A DNA stretch of 64,000 nucleotides from Pseudohongiellaceae bacterium (GTDB lineage Bacteria > Pseudomonadota > Gammaproteobacteria > Pseudomonadales > Pseudohongiellaceae). The notes beneath the pieces are model-generated. The model made no database searches and was not told the origin of the DNA. It was given only the letters and a program-made list of their open reading frames with translations. This document shows positions 20,791 to 30,371 of the stretch, in pieces. Where the stretch lies: contig JBDNGQ010000209.1 in the NCBI GenBank assembly GCA_041689205.1, positions 3,842 through 67,841 of the forward strand, read 5' to 3'. The position numbers and the translations under genes were made by a program. Every line of letters starts with the position of its first letter. Within the stretch, counting starts at the first letter, position 1.

Positions 20791-21643
20791 CCAAACCTTC
20801 TTGTTGTTCTCGTAACATTCTGACCAGGGCCATGACCATTGGTTTCATAAAAAAAGATGACTCCGGCATCACCTGCACCTGGACACCGGCAGTTTGCAAC
20901 TGCTCTGCTACAACAGGACCTACTGCCACAACCATTATACGAGCGAGTACCTGCTGTAATTTTTGTTCAACCCCCCGTTTTTTAGCCACTTCGAGCAGAC
21001 GGGTATACTGCGGCTGACTGGTAAACATCATGGCAGTGACTCGCGCTGCAAGTCCACCATGCAGCAGTCCGGTAATAAAATCTGCAACCACTTGCTCGGC
21101 TGAATCAGAGGCGTAAATATAAGGCGCGATCGGCACAGCAATCGCGCCGCGGTCGCGCAGATAATCCATTAAGAGCAGATTGGGATCCTCACCATAAAGC
21201 TGAACCGCAACTCGTCGCCCCTGTAATTCGATAGAGTGCAGTGTTTCGATAATGCCTGCGGTAGTCGGTGCAGAACCCAGCATATCAGGCTTCAGATCCA
21301 GCTCTTTTAATGCCCGCCCCGGTTTCGGGCCACGACATATTTTGACGGTATCGGAGAGCGCTCGTAGAAACTCGTCCTTGCAGGCGGCACGTTGAGCGAA
21401 TCCGTTCAAACGACGCAAACCTTCGCCCGTCAAGATAATAAAATACTCGCAGGGCCTGCTGATAAACTCCTGTAGCCAGCTCTCTATTTTACGGTGATCG
21501 GGAGCGTCAAGAATACTTACAAGGGGTAGTCGAAGCACCTGAGCACCGCGAGCTTCCAGCAAATCCACCAGAATATCGAGCTGCCTGCTCTCAGGTACGG
21601 CAATATATTGGCCACTAAGAGATAATTCCTCTTCTAACTGCAT
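20765..21643 (-). CDS. Uroporphyrinogen-III synthase (HemD)-family protein
   Basis: 292 aa with a two-lobed HEM4-like pattern (ILTGEGLRRL..., MFTSQPQ...VAVGPVVAEQL). There is no adjacent hemC, so the function is uncertain. Confidence 0.65.
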   Translation of the reverse strand: MQLEEELSLSGQYIAVPESRQLDILVDLLEARGAQVLRLPLVSILDAPDHRKIESWLQEFISRPCEYFIILTGEGLRRLNGFAQRAACKDEFLRALSDTVKICRGPKPGRALKELDLKPDMLGSAPTTAGIIETLHSIELQGRRVAVQLYGEDPNLLLMDYLRDRGAIAVPIAPYIYASDSAEQVVADFITGLLHGGLAARVTAMMFTSQPQYTRLLEVAKKRGVEQKLQQVLARIMVVAVGPVVAEQLQTAGVQVQVMPESSFFMKPMVMALVRMLREQQEGLDASNDVKL

Positions 21644-21775
21644 GCGATTTTTCCGTTAAAAAATTAAACGTAACTTATATTCCCAGAATTACGACAACAT
21701 GTTTTCATCTGCTAATAATTCAACGCAAAAATGTAACTTTTTATCGCAAAAATCCCGCCACTCAGTTTTAAACTG

Positions 21776-21803
21776 TTACATAAATGCCCATTTATGTTAC
21801 TAT
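21776..21803 (+). promoter_or_regulatory. Candidate sigma70 promoter overlapped by a 9-2-9 perfect palindrome (21778-21797)
   Basis: TTACAT, 16 nt, TACTAT. The palindrome ACATAAATG-CC-CATTTATGT fills the spacer. It lies about 55 nt upstream of the 33-codon mini-ORF. Confidence 0.35.
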
Positions 21804-21859
21804 GCCGCCTGTTGCATCAAAGCAATAGAAGAATTATTTATCAAACGTGGAGATTATCA

Positions 21860-21961
21860 ATGACCGACATTATACACAGCACCAGAGCAGTACTTATATC
21901 AGCCGTAGTAGTAGCAGCCGCAGTAGCTGTTCCAATTCTGACAATTCTTGCAGTAGTCTGA
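21860..21961 (+). CDS. 33-aa hydrophobic mini-ORF (MTDIIHSTRAVLISAVVVAAAVAVPILTILAVV), either a small membrane peptide or an ilv-type leader peptide
   Basis: GGAG lies 8 nt upstream of the ATG. The ORF is followed by a stem-loop (21974-22003) and a strong terminator. It is below the ORF-track cutoff. Confidence 0.4.
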   Translation: MTDIIHSTRAVLISAVVVAAAVAVPILTILAVV

Positions 21962-22053
21962 ACAGCCTCAAGCAGTCAGGTGTCGATGATCAGTCGACTG
22001 ACTTAAACTACCCTGAGAAGGGAGTATTTTATGCAAGGCTTAACATTTAATCG

Positions 22054-22098
22054 AACGCTCAGGTAAAACGTCGTCGTTTCCCTGGGCGTTTTTTTATT
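22054..22098 (+). terminator. Rho-independent terminator (also abuts the moaB stop on the other strand)
   Basis: 10-bp stem AACGCTCAGG / CCTGGGCGTT with one G-U pair and an inner AAACG/CGTTT stem, followed by TTTTTTTATT. Confidence 0.75.
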
Positions 22099-22630
22099 CT
22101 AAAGGTTTTAGTTTATCAACAAAATTACAGGGTTTATGCCTGTTATCCAGCTGATGCTCAATTATACCTTCCCATGCGGTTCGGCAGGCCCCGGGAGAGC
22201 CCGGCATGCAAAACACGATTGTACCGTTAGTAAGACCCGCGAATGCCCGCGACTGGATAGTTGAACTGCCTATTTCCTGGTACGATAACTGACGAAACAG
22301 CTCACCAAAACCTTCTATCTGCATCTCCAGCAATGGAGTTACCGCGCCTACCGTATTATCCCGGAAGGTAAATCCGGTTCCGCCAGTGAGCAGCACAGCT
22401 TGGATATTATCATCCGCTATACAGCCCGCTACCAGCGCTCTTAACTTGTAGAGATCGTCTTTGACAATAGTCTTACTGACCAGCGTATGGCCACTGTTGT
22501 GAACAAAATCAACCAGCACAGCACCGGATTTATCTGTCTCTTCGGTACGTGTATCCGAAACAGTTATGATCGCAATGTGAACAGATTGAAATGTCTTTTC
22601 AGGAGGAACTGCAGAAGCGGGATTACTCAT
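22094..22630 (-). CDS. moaB: Molybdenum cofactor biosynthesis protein B
   Basis: 178 aa with a MoaB/MogA fold (ITVSDT...LLTGGTGFTFRD...PGSPGA). Confidence 0.9.
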   Translation of the reverse strand: MSNPASAVPPEKTFQSVHIAIITVSDTRTEETDKSGAVLVDFVHNSGHTLVSKTIVKDDLYKLRALVAGCIADDNIQAVLLTGGTGFTFRDNTVGAVTPLLEMQIEGFGELFRQLSYQEIGSSTIQSRAFAGLTNGTIVFCMPGSPGACRTAWEGIIEHQLDNRHKPCNFVDKLKPLE

Positions 22631-22674
22631 TTGAAACCATCAACTCCGATACATTACCTTTTAAAACCGGGCGA

Positions 22675-23697
22675 TCAACCGCCAGTCATATTCATCAGGC
22701 GAACCGGTTGGGCATAATCTTTATCGTAAAAATTATGTCGCTCCGGCTTAATCCGCATGGAGTCAATAATCGCCTGCTTCAGCTCATCAATACCAGCCCC
22801 TTCCCTGCGCATTATCGCGCGTAGATCGACTGAATGCTCATTACCGAGACATAGCAATAATCTGCCCTCTACGGTAACTCTCACCCGGTTGCAGGTTTCG
22901 CAAAAATTATGACTGACCGGTGAAATAAAACCTATGCGGCTTTTATAGCCAGGAATATACACATAACGTGATGGACCAGCTGTAGTTTCAGCACTCGAGA
23001 TGAGCTGGTATTTTGACGCTATCTGCTCACGGACCCAATCATTACTACACATGGTCTGCTCCCGAGCATGGTCAGAAGCCTGGCCAAGCGGCATCTCTTC
23101 AATAAATGCGATATCTATATCACGCTGTAGCGCGTATTCAGTTAAGTCCAGCACTTCATCTTCGTTATAGCCTTTCATAATAACGGTATTCAATCGAATG
23201 CGATCAAAATCCTGTGCCAGTGCTGCATCTATACCGGCCAGCACTTTATCAAGTTTTCCCACTCGGGATATACGTTTAAATCTTTCAGCATCAAGACTGT
23301 CGATGCTGATATTGATCCTGTTAACACCCGCTTCCCGCAGCGGAGCAGCAAATTTATCCAGTTGCGCGCCATTGGTGGTGAGCAGCAGCTCTTTTAGCCC
23401 AGGCAGTTGGCCCAACTGCTTTACCAGCGAAATGATATTGTTTCGCACCAGCGGCTCACCACCGGTAAGACGGATTTTATCTACACCCAGTTCGGTAAAA
23501 GCTCTGCCTGTTGTGTAAATTTCCTCCAGCGACAAAACCTGATTTCGTGGCAGAAAAGTCATATCCTCGGTCATGCAGTAAACACAGCGGAAATCACAGC
23601 GATCAGTTACAGACAAACGCACGTAGTCTACCCGACGACCAAAATCATCAATCAGTCCGGTTTTTTTCTCTGCTGCACTATCAGTTTTGCTTGTCAT
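22675..23697 (-). CDS. moaA: GTP 3',8-cyclase (radical SAM)
   Basis: CDFRCVYC radical-SAM motif, the C-terminal cluster CETCNRVR, and a ...GG C-terminus. Confidence 0.95.
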   Translation of the reverse strand: MTSKTDSAAEKKTGLIDDFGRRVDYVRLSVTDRCDFRCVYCMTEDMTFLPRNQVLSLEEIYTTGRAFTELGVDKIRLTGGEPLVRNNIISLVKQLGQLPGLKELLLTTNGAQLDKFAAPLREAGVNRINISIDSLDAERFKRISRVGKLDKVLAGIDAALAQDFDRIRLNTVIMKGYNEDEVLDLTEYALQRDIDIAFIEEMPLGQASDHAREQTMCSNDWVREQIASKYQLISSAETTAGPSRYVYIPGYKSRIGFISPVSHNFCETCNRVRVTVEGRLLLCLGNEHSVDLRAIMRREGAGIDELKQAIIDSMRIKPERHNFYDKDYAQPVRLMNMTGG

Positions 23698-23781
23698 TTA
23701 TTCCTTGTCTATCTATGCCTGCATCACATCTGATCCGTAAGATCATTTAGCCATTTAACTGTCAGTAATTGCAACCGTTGA

Positions 23782-25035
23782 CTATTCAACTATCGCCTCC
23801 TTGATTTGCAACCGAATAATGGCATGAGTATCACTGTGCTGGAAACCTTCTGAGCGAACCTGATAATCGCCGGCTTGAACATTTGCAGTGCCGCTGGCCG
23901 ATACCGTCGCAACTACGTAAACCATTTCTGCAGAAGAGAGATTAAAAGGCCCAACTGCTGCTGAATTATCCAGAGAGACGGTAGCCGGTAAATCACGCAC
24001 ATTGAGTACTTTAGCTGCCAGTGGTTGACCGCGCCCATTGACTTCGAGCGCGGATACAAATACCCGGCTATCCGGGTCCAGATCCAAACCCGGTGCAAGT
24101 TCAACTTCCACGTCGATTACCGGTCCGCGATCTGCTACCTCACTCGCTGGATCAGCCTGTGCATCCATGCGGGTTTCCAGCTCAGCGATATGACTGCGCA
24201 AAAACTCGGCATCCTCGCCTGAAGATGCCATCTGCAACACACGCTGCCAGTACGTAACAGCACTCTGGAGATCATCTGACTGCTCCGCGTCAAGTGCGAG
24301 TATCTGCAGAACGAATAACTGGTTAGGATCAAGCCGTTGTGCCTGGGTAATAATGCTGCGCACTTTGTCATTCAGCTGCCGATCCGCCAACGTGTATTCA
24401 TTGAGAGCGTAGCGGCCCAACAGGAATGCTTTATCCGCTGGCTGCTCAATCAAGGAACTGGCTCGCTCCAGCGCTATCGAAGTTTCTGCATACTGACCCA
24501 GTGCAGCCAGATTCTGGGACAGAAAATACCAGGCCCAGCCGCTGTCAGGATTGTTGTCAATGAAGTCTGTTAATAGATAGATTACCTCAAGCGCGCGTTC
24601 GGGATTATCTTCAACAGCGAGGGTTTGCTCATGCAGATCACGCAAGGCAAGTTCATCCTGGAATCCCCATTGCTGGTAAAACACATAACTGAGCGGCAAT
24701 ATACTCAATACCAGCACCAGTGGAATGAGTTTTCCAGCCGATAGCCAGGACGATGATTTTAATGCTTTGTCATTGCTGGCATCAGGGTCATCTCTGACAT
24801 CAGCCAACAAATTACGCTCAAGTTCCAGTTTTAAGATTGTATACTGCTGTTGATCAATCGTTCCTGCATGAAGATCAGCATCAAGCTCCGCCGCTCTTTC
24901 CTGGTAGATGGCAAGATTTGCTGCATCTCGCTCCTGCAGGCCGCTGAGATGCGCCCCTCTTTGCTGCCGCCATAAGGGCATTAGAACGAATAAGCTGGCA
25001 AGCAACAGCAGGCCTGCGGATAAGATCCAGAACAA
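23782..25035 (-). CDS. ccmI: Cytochrome c-type biogenesis protein CcmI (CycH), TPR-containing
   Basis: 417 aa with an N-terminal TM segment, a second TM and TPR-like repeats. It is the last gene of the ccm operon. Confidence 0.82.
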   Translation of the reverse strand: MFWILSAGLLLLASLFVLMPLWRQQRGAHLSGLQERDAANLAIYQERAAELDADLHAGTIDQQQYTILKLELERNLLADVRDDPDASNDKALKSSSWLSAGKLIPLVLVLSILPLSYVFYQQWGFQDELALRDLHEQTLAVEDNPERALEVIYLLTDFIDNNPDSGWAWYFLSQNLAALGQYAETSIALERASSLIEQPADKAFLLGRYALNEYTLADRQLNDKVRSIITQAQRLDPNQLFVLQILALDAEQSDDLQSAVTYWQRVLQMASSGEDAEFLRSHIAELETRMDAQADPASEVADRGPVIDVEVELAPGLDLDPDSRVFVSALEVNGRGQPLAAKVLNVRDLPATVSLDNSAAVGPFNLSSAEMVYVVATVSASGTANVQAGDYQVRSEGFQHSDTHAIIRLQIKEAIVE

Positions 25036-25061
25036 GTTATCTCCTCACTTCCTAAAGAATT

Positions 25062-25556
25062 TCATTTTCCCAGTAATCGCCGCAGGCGTTCCTGCTCTGC
25101 GAGATCAAGGGTATCATGCTGTTTTTCAACACCCGGTTTTGCGCGTCTGACGATACGAAGAATTATCCAGGCACCAATCAATAGAAAAACCAGAGGCCCG
25201 AACCACAACAACAAGGTATTGGTCATCAAACGAGGCTTATAAAAAATAAAATCACCATAGCGCTGCAGCATGAACTGCTCAATTTCAGCGTCAGTTTTAC
25301 CATCTATTATCATCAGATAAATTTCGCGGCGAAGGTCTTCTGCAACCCCCCCGCCGGATCCGGTCAGGTTGGTGTTCTGACACATCGGGCATCTGAAATC
25401 ATTGGACATCCTGCGAAAGCGTTGCTGCTGCTCCTCACTATCAAACTCGTAAATATCGACGCCGGCCAGAACAGAAGGCGCAACAGCTAACAAGCCGAGC
25501 GCGCAGCCAAAAGTGATCAGACAGGCTACGACAAGGGAACGCAATATAGTCGGCAT
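25062..25556 (-). CDS. ccmH: Cytochrome c-type biogenesis protein CcmH
   Basis: Signal peptide, the LRCPMCQN redox motif and a C-terminal TM helix. Confidence 0.9.
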   Translation of the reverse strand: MPTILRSLVVACLITFGCALGLLAVAPSVLAGVDIYEFDSEEQQQRFRRMSNDFRCPMCQNTNLTGSGGGVAEDLRREIYLMIIDGKTDAEIEQFMLQRYGDFIFYKPRLMTNTLLLWFGPLVFLLIGAWIILRIVRRAKPGVEKQHDTLDLAEQERLRRLLGK

Positions 25557-26098
25557 CAGTTGGGCGACTCATTTTTCACCGCAGCTATCGCAGGCAATAT
25601 TTCATCTTCCCAGGCTTGATAATCAATAACGCCAATATGCTTGTAACGGATTACTCCATCGGCATCCACAATAAAAGTCTCCGGTGCGCCATAAACTCCC
25701 AGATCAATGCCAAACCGTCCATCAGAATCGATGATATTCATAGCGAATGGATTGCCGTTATAGTCCAGCCAACGTTCAGCCTCCGGAACTCCATCTTTAT
25801 AATTTATACCGACGATTGGAATAACCTTCTGCTCTGCTGCCGCCATGAAAATTGGATTTTCCTGCAAACAGGGAAGGCAGTAGCTCCCCCATACATTTAG
25901 CAGGAATGGCTCATCTGGCAAATCCTCCTGAGTCACAATGCGATCGCCGTACTCTAAAGACTTCAAGGCGAAAACCGGTAAGGGTTTGTCGATCAGCACG
26001 GAAGGTAGTGTGCGCGGATCCAGATACAGACCGCGCCACAACATAGCGGCCATTGCCAGGAATATCAGTACCGGAATAAACAGTTTGAATCTTGACAC
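25556..26098 (-). CDS. ccmG: Thiol:disulfide interchange protein DsbE/CcmG
   Basis: Membrane anchor plus a thioredoxin fold (NVWGSYCLPC) and GVYGAPETF. Confidence 0.92.
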   Translation of the reverse strand: MSRFKLFIPVLIFLAMAAMLWRGLYLDPRTLPSVLIDKPLPVFALKSLEYGDRIVTQEDLPDEPFLLNVWGSYCLPCLQENPIFMAAAEQKVIPIVGINYKDGVPEAERWLDYNGNPFAMNIIDSDGRFGIDLGVYGAPETFIVDADGVIRYKHIGVIDYQAWEDEILPAIAAVKNESPN

Positions 26099-26110
26099 TG
26101 CATCTCTCCC

Positions 26111-28099
26111 TTAACTCTGCAACACAGGAGCGGCCGCAGTTTCCAACAAAGATTCTTTTTTCACTCTAAAACGACGGTAGCGTTTATCCGAAATTGCAAC
26201 AAAGCCACCCAGCGCCATAAAAATAGAACCCAGCCAGACCCAGCGGACAAATGGTTTAACATAAACAGTCATAGACCAGGCACCCTCTCCGCGAGGATCA
26301 CCCAGGGTGATAAATAGATCCCGGAACAATCCAGCGTCAATCGCCATTTCAGTTGAAGGATTGCCGCTCGCGACATATATCCGCTTCTGTGGATTAAGCT
26401 CACGTTGATAATTACCGTCCTTAATTACGTCAAAGCTACCTTCTTCGGCAACAAAGTTTGGCCCCCGAACAGGACGCATACCATTGAACTTAAATTCATA
26501 GTCGCCAAGCATCACACTTTGCCCAGGTTGCAGTAATACGCTTTTCTCAATGCTGTAGATACTAGTCAATGCGGCGCCGGTAAGGATAACAGCGAACCCA
26601 AAATGAGCTATCTGCATACCCCAATAACTCAGCGACAGGCTTTTCAAGCCTGCCAGAGCACTATCTTTATTAGACACTTTATTTATCATATCTGTAAGCA
26701 TTGCGAGCATTACCCAAAACGCTAACGCTACAGCTAATGAGGCTCCGATGGAGAACTCAAGGGTAAATACCAGCGGCAGTACCAGACCAAGCAGCACACT
26801 CGCTATCGCAACCTTCGTTAACTGCTTTCTGAGATATTCTGTTGATGTTTTCTTCCAGCGACTGGTTGCACCAATCCCCAGAAATACTGCCAGCACAACC
26901 ATTAGAGGCACAAAAATAAGATTGAAGTAAGGAGGACCTACCGAGATCAACTCACCGCCACTCATTGCCTGATAAACCATGGGATACAACGTACCCAGCA
27001 GAATGGCCGCGCTTGATACCACCAGAATAATATTATTCGAGAGCAGGAATACTTCCCGCGATAAAGGGCCAAATGTGAGCTCGCTTTTCATCAGAGGCGC
27101 ACGCACCGCAAACAGCAGCAGAGAGCCGCCCACAATCACTGCAAGGAAGCCAAGAATATAAACACCCCGGGTAGGATCTGTGGCGAAAGCATGCACTGAC
27201 GTGAGCAAGCCTGATCGGGTTATAAATGTTCCCAGCAGACTGGCGGCAAACGCCATAATAGCCAACAGTACGGTCCAGCTTTTGAACACGCCGCGTTTTT
27301 CAGTGACAGCAAGTGAGTGAATCAAGGCGGTTCCCAGTAACCAGGTAATCATTGGTGGATTCTCCACAGGATCCCAGGCCCACCAGCCTCCCCAGCCAAG
27401 TTCATAATAGGCCCACCAGGAACCCAATGCGATACCGAGAGTAAGGATACCCCACGCGACGTTTGCCCATGGGCGTGACCAGCGCGCCCATGCGGAATCC
27501 AATCTGCCACTTAACAGCGCGGCAATAGCAAATGCGAACACTACTGAAAAGCCTACATAACCCATGTACAGCATCGGGGGATGGACAATAAAGCCAAAAT
27601 CCTGCAAAGCAGAATTCAGATCCGCGCCATCAGTCGGTGGCAGCGGCAGAATACGATCAAAGGGATTTGAAGTAGCAATCATGAACAGCGTGTAGCCCAC
27701 GCAGATCAGACCCATTACCCCAAGTACCCGGGCTACAAAATCATCAGGCATGGCTTTACTGAATATTCCTACAGCCAGCATCCAGCCAGCCAGCATCCAT
27801 GTCCAGAACAAAAACGACCCCTCATGACCGCCCCAGACAGCAGTAATTTTGTACTCCAACGGCAGCATGGTATTGGAGTGCTGGGCAACGAAGGCAACTG
27901 AAAAGTCATCTGTTACAAAGCTGTAGCCCAGGATCAGCAGACACACACTCAGAAATACAAAAATACCCGCTGCTAAAGGGCGGGCCAGTCCGATCCAGAG
28001 TGCATTTCCACGGCTGGCGCCGATAAGCGGCAGCGTGCCCAATATGACACTGAGTGAGAAAGCTATGATCAATGCGACATTGCCCAGTTCAGGAATCAT
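26111..28099 (-). CDS. ccmF: Cytochrome c heme lyase subunit CcmF
   Basis: 662 aa, polytopic, with the WWD motif WGGWWAWDPVEN. Confidence 0.95.
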   Translation of the reverse strand: MIPELGNVALIIAFSLSVILGTLPLIGASRGNALWIGLARPLAAGIFVFLSVCLLILGYSFVTDDFSVAFVAQHSNTMLPLEYKITAVWGGHEGSFLFWTWMLAGWMLAVGIFSKAMPDDFVARVLGVMGLICVGYTLFMIATSNPFDRILPLPPTDGADLNSALQDFGFIVHPPMLYMGYVGFSVVFAFAIAALLSGRLDSAWARWSRPWANVAWGILTLGIALGSWWAYYELGWGGWWAWDPVENPPMITWLLGTALIHSLAVTEKRGVFKSWTVLLAIMAFAASLLGTFITRSGLLTSVHAFATDPTRGVYILGFLAVIVGGSLLLFAVRAPLMKSELTFGPLSREVFLLSNNIILVVSSAAILLGTLYPMVYQAMSGGELISVGPPYFNLIFVPLMVVLAVFLGIGATSRWKKTSTEYLRKQLTKVAIASVLLGLVLPLVFTLEFSIGASLAVALAFWVMLAMLTDMINKVSNKDSALAGLKSLSLSYWGMQIAHFGFAVILTGAALTSIYSIEKSVLLQPGQSVMLGDYEFKFNGMRPVRGPNFVAEEGSFDVIKDGNYQRELNPQKRIYVASGNPSTEMAIDAGLFRDLFITLGDPRGEGAWSMTVYVKPFVRWVWLGSIFMALGGFVAISDKRYRRFRVKKESLLETAAAPVLQS

Positions 28100-28545
28100 T
28101 ATGTACCTCCGGTGCCACGTTGTTTTTCAGCAGCATCCATCGCCGCTTTCACTTCGACAGACATATAATTTTCATCGTGTTTCGCCAGCACACGAGAAGC
28201 CTGGAATACGCCTCCAGCCACCATTCCTTCTGCGACCACTCCCTGGCCCTCACGAAACAGATCTGGCAGGATACCCTGGTATTGAACTGTAAGATCATTA
28301 CTGAAATCTGTGGTTATGAAGCTGACCTGCAACGAATCCTGCGCATGAATTATGGAACCTTCTTTGACCATTCCACCGATGCGGATACGCTGCCCTTCAA
28401 TTACTTCACCTTTAGCTATCTGGCTGGGCGTGAAAAACAGATCGATATTGGTACTCAATGCATACAGTGACAAGCCTGTTGCGATAGCCAGACCAGCACT
28501 GATAAATATGAGAATAGCCAGTTTTTTCTGTCGGTGCGGTTTCAT
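28099..28545 (-). CDS. ccmE: Heme chaperone CcmE
   Basis: I prefer the start at MKPHRQKK. It has a membrane anchor, an OB fold and the heme-binding LAKHDENY motif. Its stop overlaps the ccmF start by 1 nt (TAATG). Confidence 0.93.
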   Translation of the reverse strand: MKPHRQKKLAILIFISAGLAIATGLSLYALSTNIDLFFTPSQIAKGEVIEGQRIRIGGMVKEGSIIHAQDSLQVSFITTDFSNDLTVQYQGILPDLFREGQGVVAEGMVAGGVFQASRVLAKHDENYMSVEVKAAMDAAEKQRGTGGT

Positions 28546-28549
28546 CAGT

Positions 28550-28738
28550 TTACTCCGCTCGTGCATCGCGGACACCGCGACGCTTCTGTTCTTTAATAAA
28601 TGCTTTCCGCTCACGCAGCGGTTGCAGCAGATTTACTGCCAAAAACACTGCAAAAATTATATACACTGACCAGACATGGAATGTGTATTTACCCATTAAC
28701 AGAAATTCGCTCAGGCTTGAAAATTGGATATCGCCCAT
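28550..28738 (-). CDS. ccmD: Heme exporter protein CcmD
   Basis: 62 aa with a single TM helix (VWSVYIIFAVFLAVNLL) and a basic tail, located between ccmC and ccmE. Confidence 0.8.
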   Translation of the reverse strand: MGDIQFSSLSEFLLMGKYTFHVWSVYIIFAVFLAVNLLQPLRERKAFIKEQKRRGVRDARAE

Positions 28739-28774
28739 ACTAAGACCGCCTCGCTGTGCTAAACCTGCGTTTAA

Positions 28775-29521
28775 TTAAACATTTTCCCGTGCGACCAGAT
28801 CGGTCACCCATTGAGATCGTCTTTCGCGTTGTAGAATTTCAGTGCGAGTACGTAATATCAACGCAACTGCAAAAAAACAGTAGGTCGCTGCGATCATAAC
28901 TAATAAGGGCACCCAGATTTCCGGTGGATTTGGTGCTATTGGATCCATGGAAAAGCTGCTGGCTGGCTGATGCAAAGTATTCCACCAGTTCACTGAATAC
29001 TTGATTACCGGCACGTTAATCGCACCCACAATTGCGAGAATTGCTGTAGCCTTTGCAGCGGCATCAGGACTTTCAATCGCGGAACGCAGAGCGATCACAC
29101 CTACGAACAGGAAAAACTGGATCAAAAGCGAGGTCAGGCGTGCATCCCAGGCCCACCAGGTTCCCCAGATCAAGTCCCCCCAGATAGCACCCGATGCAAG
29201 TGCCACGCCGGTAAACCATAAACCAATAGGAGCAACGCATTTGGCCACCATATCGGCCAGCTTCATCTTCCAGACCAGCGTAATAATTCCTGCGATCGCC
29301 ATTAACGGGAAGCAAGTCAGGGAGATCGCAGCGACGGGTACATGAATGTACATAATGCGGATAGTGTGGCCCTGTTGGTAATCTTCGGGCACAAACAATA
29401 AGGCCCAGACTATTCCGACACTCATCAATATCACCATGAGCGCGACCAGCCACGGCAACCAGCGGCTGGAGAGCTCATAGAACCAGCGTGGTGAACCTAA
29501 TTTAGAAAACCAAACCCACAT
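28775..29521 (-). CDS. ccmC: Heme exporter protein CcmC
   Basis: I prefer the start at MWVWFSKLGSP. It has the WWD motif WGTWWAWDARLTS. The track ORF extends further upstream. Confidence 0.93.
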   Translation of the reverse strand: MWVWFSKLGSPRWFYELSSRWLPWLVALMVILMSVGIVWALLFVPEDYQQGHTIRIMYIHVPVAAISLTCFPLMAIAGIITLVWKMKLADMVAKCVAPIGLWFTGVALASGAIWGDLIWGTWWAWDARLTSLLIQFFLFVGVIALRSAIESPDAAAKATAILAIVGAINVPVIKYSVNWWNTLHQPASSFSMDPIAPNPPEIWVPLLVMIAATYCFFAVALILRTRTEILQRERRSQWVTDLVARENV

Positions 29522-29654
29522 AGTTCGTCTCTCAATAACACTGTTGACAAATGTGCTGTAAATCGCTCGATGCGCCGAATATAACACAGGGTTTACTCGC
29601 CCCCTGTTACTATTTGTAACTAATTTTTGAATGGCGCGCACCACTGTGTGGCAC

Positions 29655-30371
29655 TTAATTCACACTGATTTTTAATGCCGCTGCAGATGCCCAGGGAGCG
29701 AGACTTAAGGACACCGCCAACATAGCTCCCAGCATTGCATAGTGGCCGCCTACGGGAACCCCGACCAAGACGTCTGCTACCGCTTTGGCACCAATTATAA
29801 GCACCGGCGTGCACAAGGGTAAAACAATAACCGCCAGGATCAGGCCCCGACTGCCTAATCCTACTGTCAATGCGACACCGATCGACCCGAACAGACTCAA
29901 AACAGGTGTCCCGATCAATAACGTAAGCACCAGCGTCATATAGGCATCCGATGGCAGGAACAACATATAAGCCAGCAAGGGCGACAACACCACTACGGGC
30001 AGGCCACTGATCAGCCAGTGACTGATGTTTTTGGCCAGCACCATAAAGTAAAGAGGCTGCGGGCTTAGCAACAGTTGTTCAAGTGAGCCGTCTTCATAAT
30101 CAGCGCGATAGAGATTATCCAGTGACAGCATGGAGGCCAGCAATGCCGATACCCAAACAGCACCTGCCGCGATTCTGGACAACTCAACGGACTCGCTGGA
30201 AATTGCCAGCGGGAACAATGCGGTTACAATCACGAAAAACATGATTGGGTTGAGCAGATCGTTACGCCGCTTGAGTGCAATCAACAAATCCCGTTTCAAG
30301 GTGGCGACAAAGGCGGCCCATGTGCTGACCTCAGGAAGTTGCGAAAAATTATCAGAACTCGCACTACTCAT
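29655..30371 (-). CDS. ccmB: Heme exporter protein CcmB
   Basis: 238 aa, polytopic, located between ccmA and ccmC. It overlaps ccmA by 4 nt. Confidence 0.92.
   Translation of the reverse strand: MSSASSDNFSQLPEVSTWAAFVATLKRDLLIALKRRNDLLNPIMFFVIVTALFPLAISSESVELSRIAAGAVWVSALLASMLSLDNLYRADYEDGSLEQLLLSPQPLYFMVLAKNISHWLISGLPVVVLSPLLAYMLFLPSDAYMTLVLTLLIGTPVLSLFGSIGVALTVGLGSRGLILAVIVLPLCTPVLIIGAKAVADVLVGVPVGGHYAMLGAMLAVSLSLAPWASAAALKISVN

Noticed and set aside
21847-22050. 67-aa GTG-initiated ORF (Ser-rich, MEIINDRHYTQHQSSTYISRSSSSRSS...) from the ORF track
   Set aside because: It has no Shine-Dalgarno sequence and a low-complexity composition. It is the alternate frame of the GTA/GCA-rich 33-codon ORF, which has a proper GGAG and ATG, so I treat it as a frame shadow.
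23698-23781. Looked for a Moco riboswitch upstream of moaA
   Set aside because: The ccmI-moaA spacer is only 84 nt and lacks the conserved C-rich/GGAG-type Moco motif elements I remember. moaA-moaB appear simply appended to the ccm transcription unit.
28546-28614. N-terminal extensions in the ORF track for ccmE, ccmC (29522-29644), dcd (31669-31701), argG (42854-42994), rnfC (37170-37253), the SDR (13584-13688) and pheA (7915-8001)
   Set aside because: The extensions overlap neighbouring genes or precede the conserved N-termini. Internal ATGs that give family-typical N-termini and tight gene junctions were preferred.
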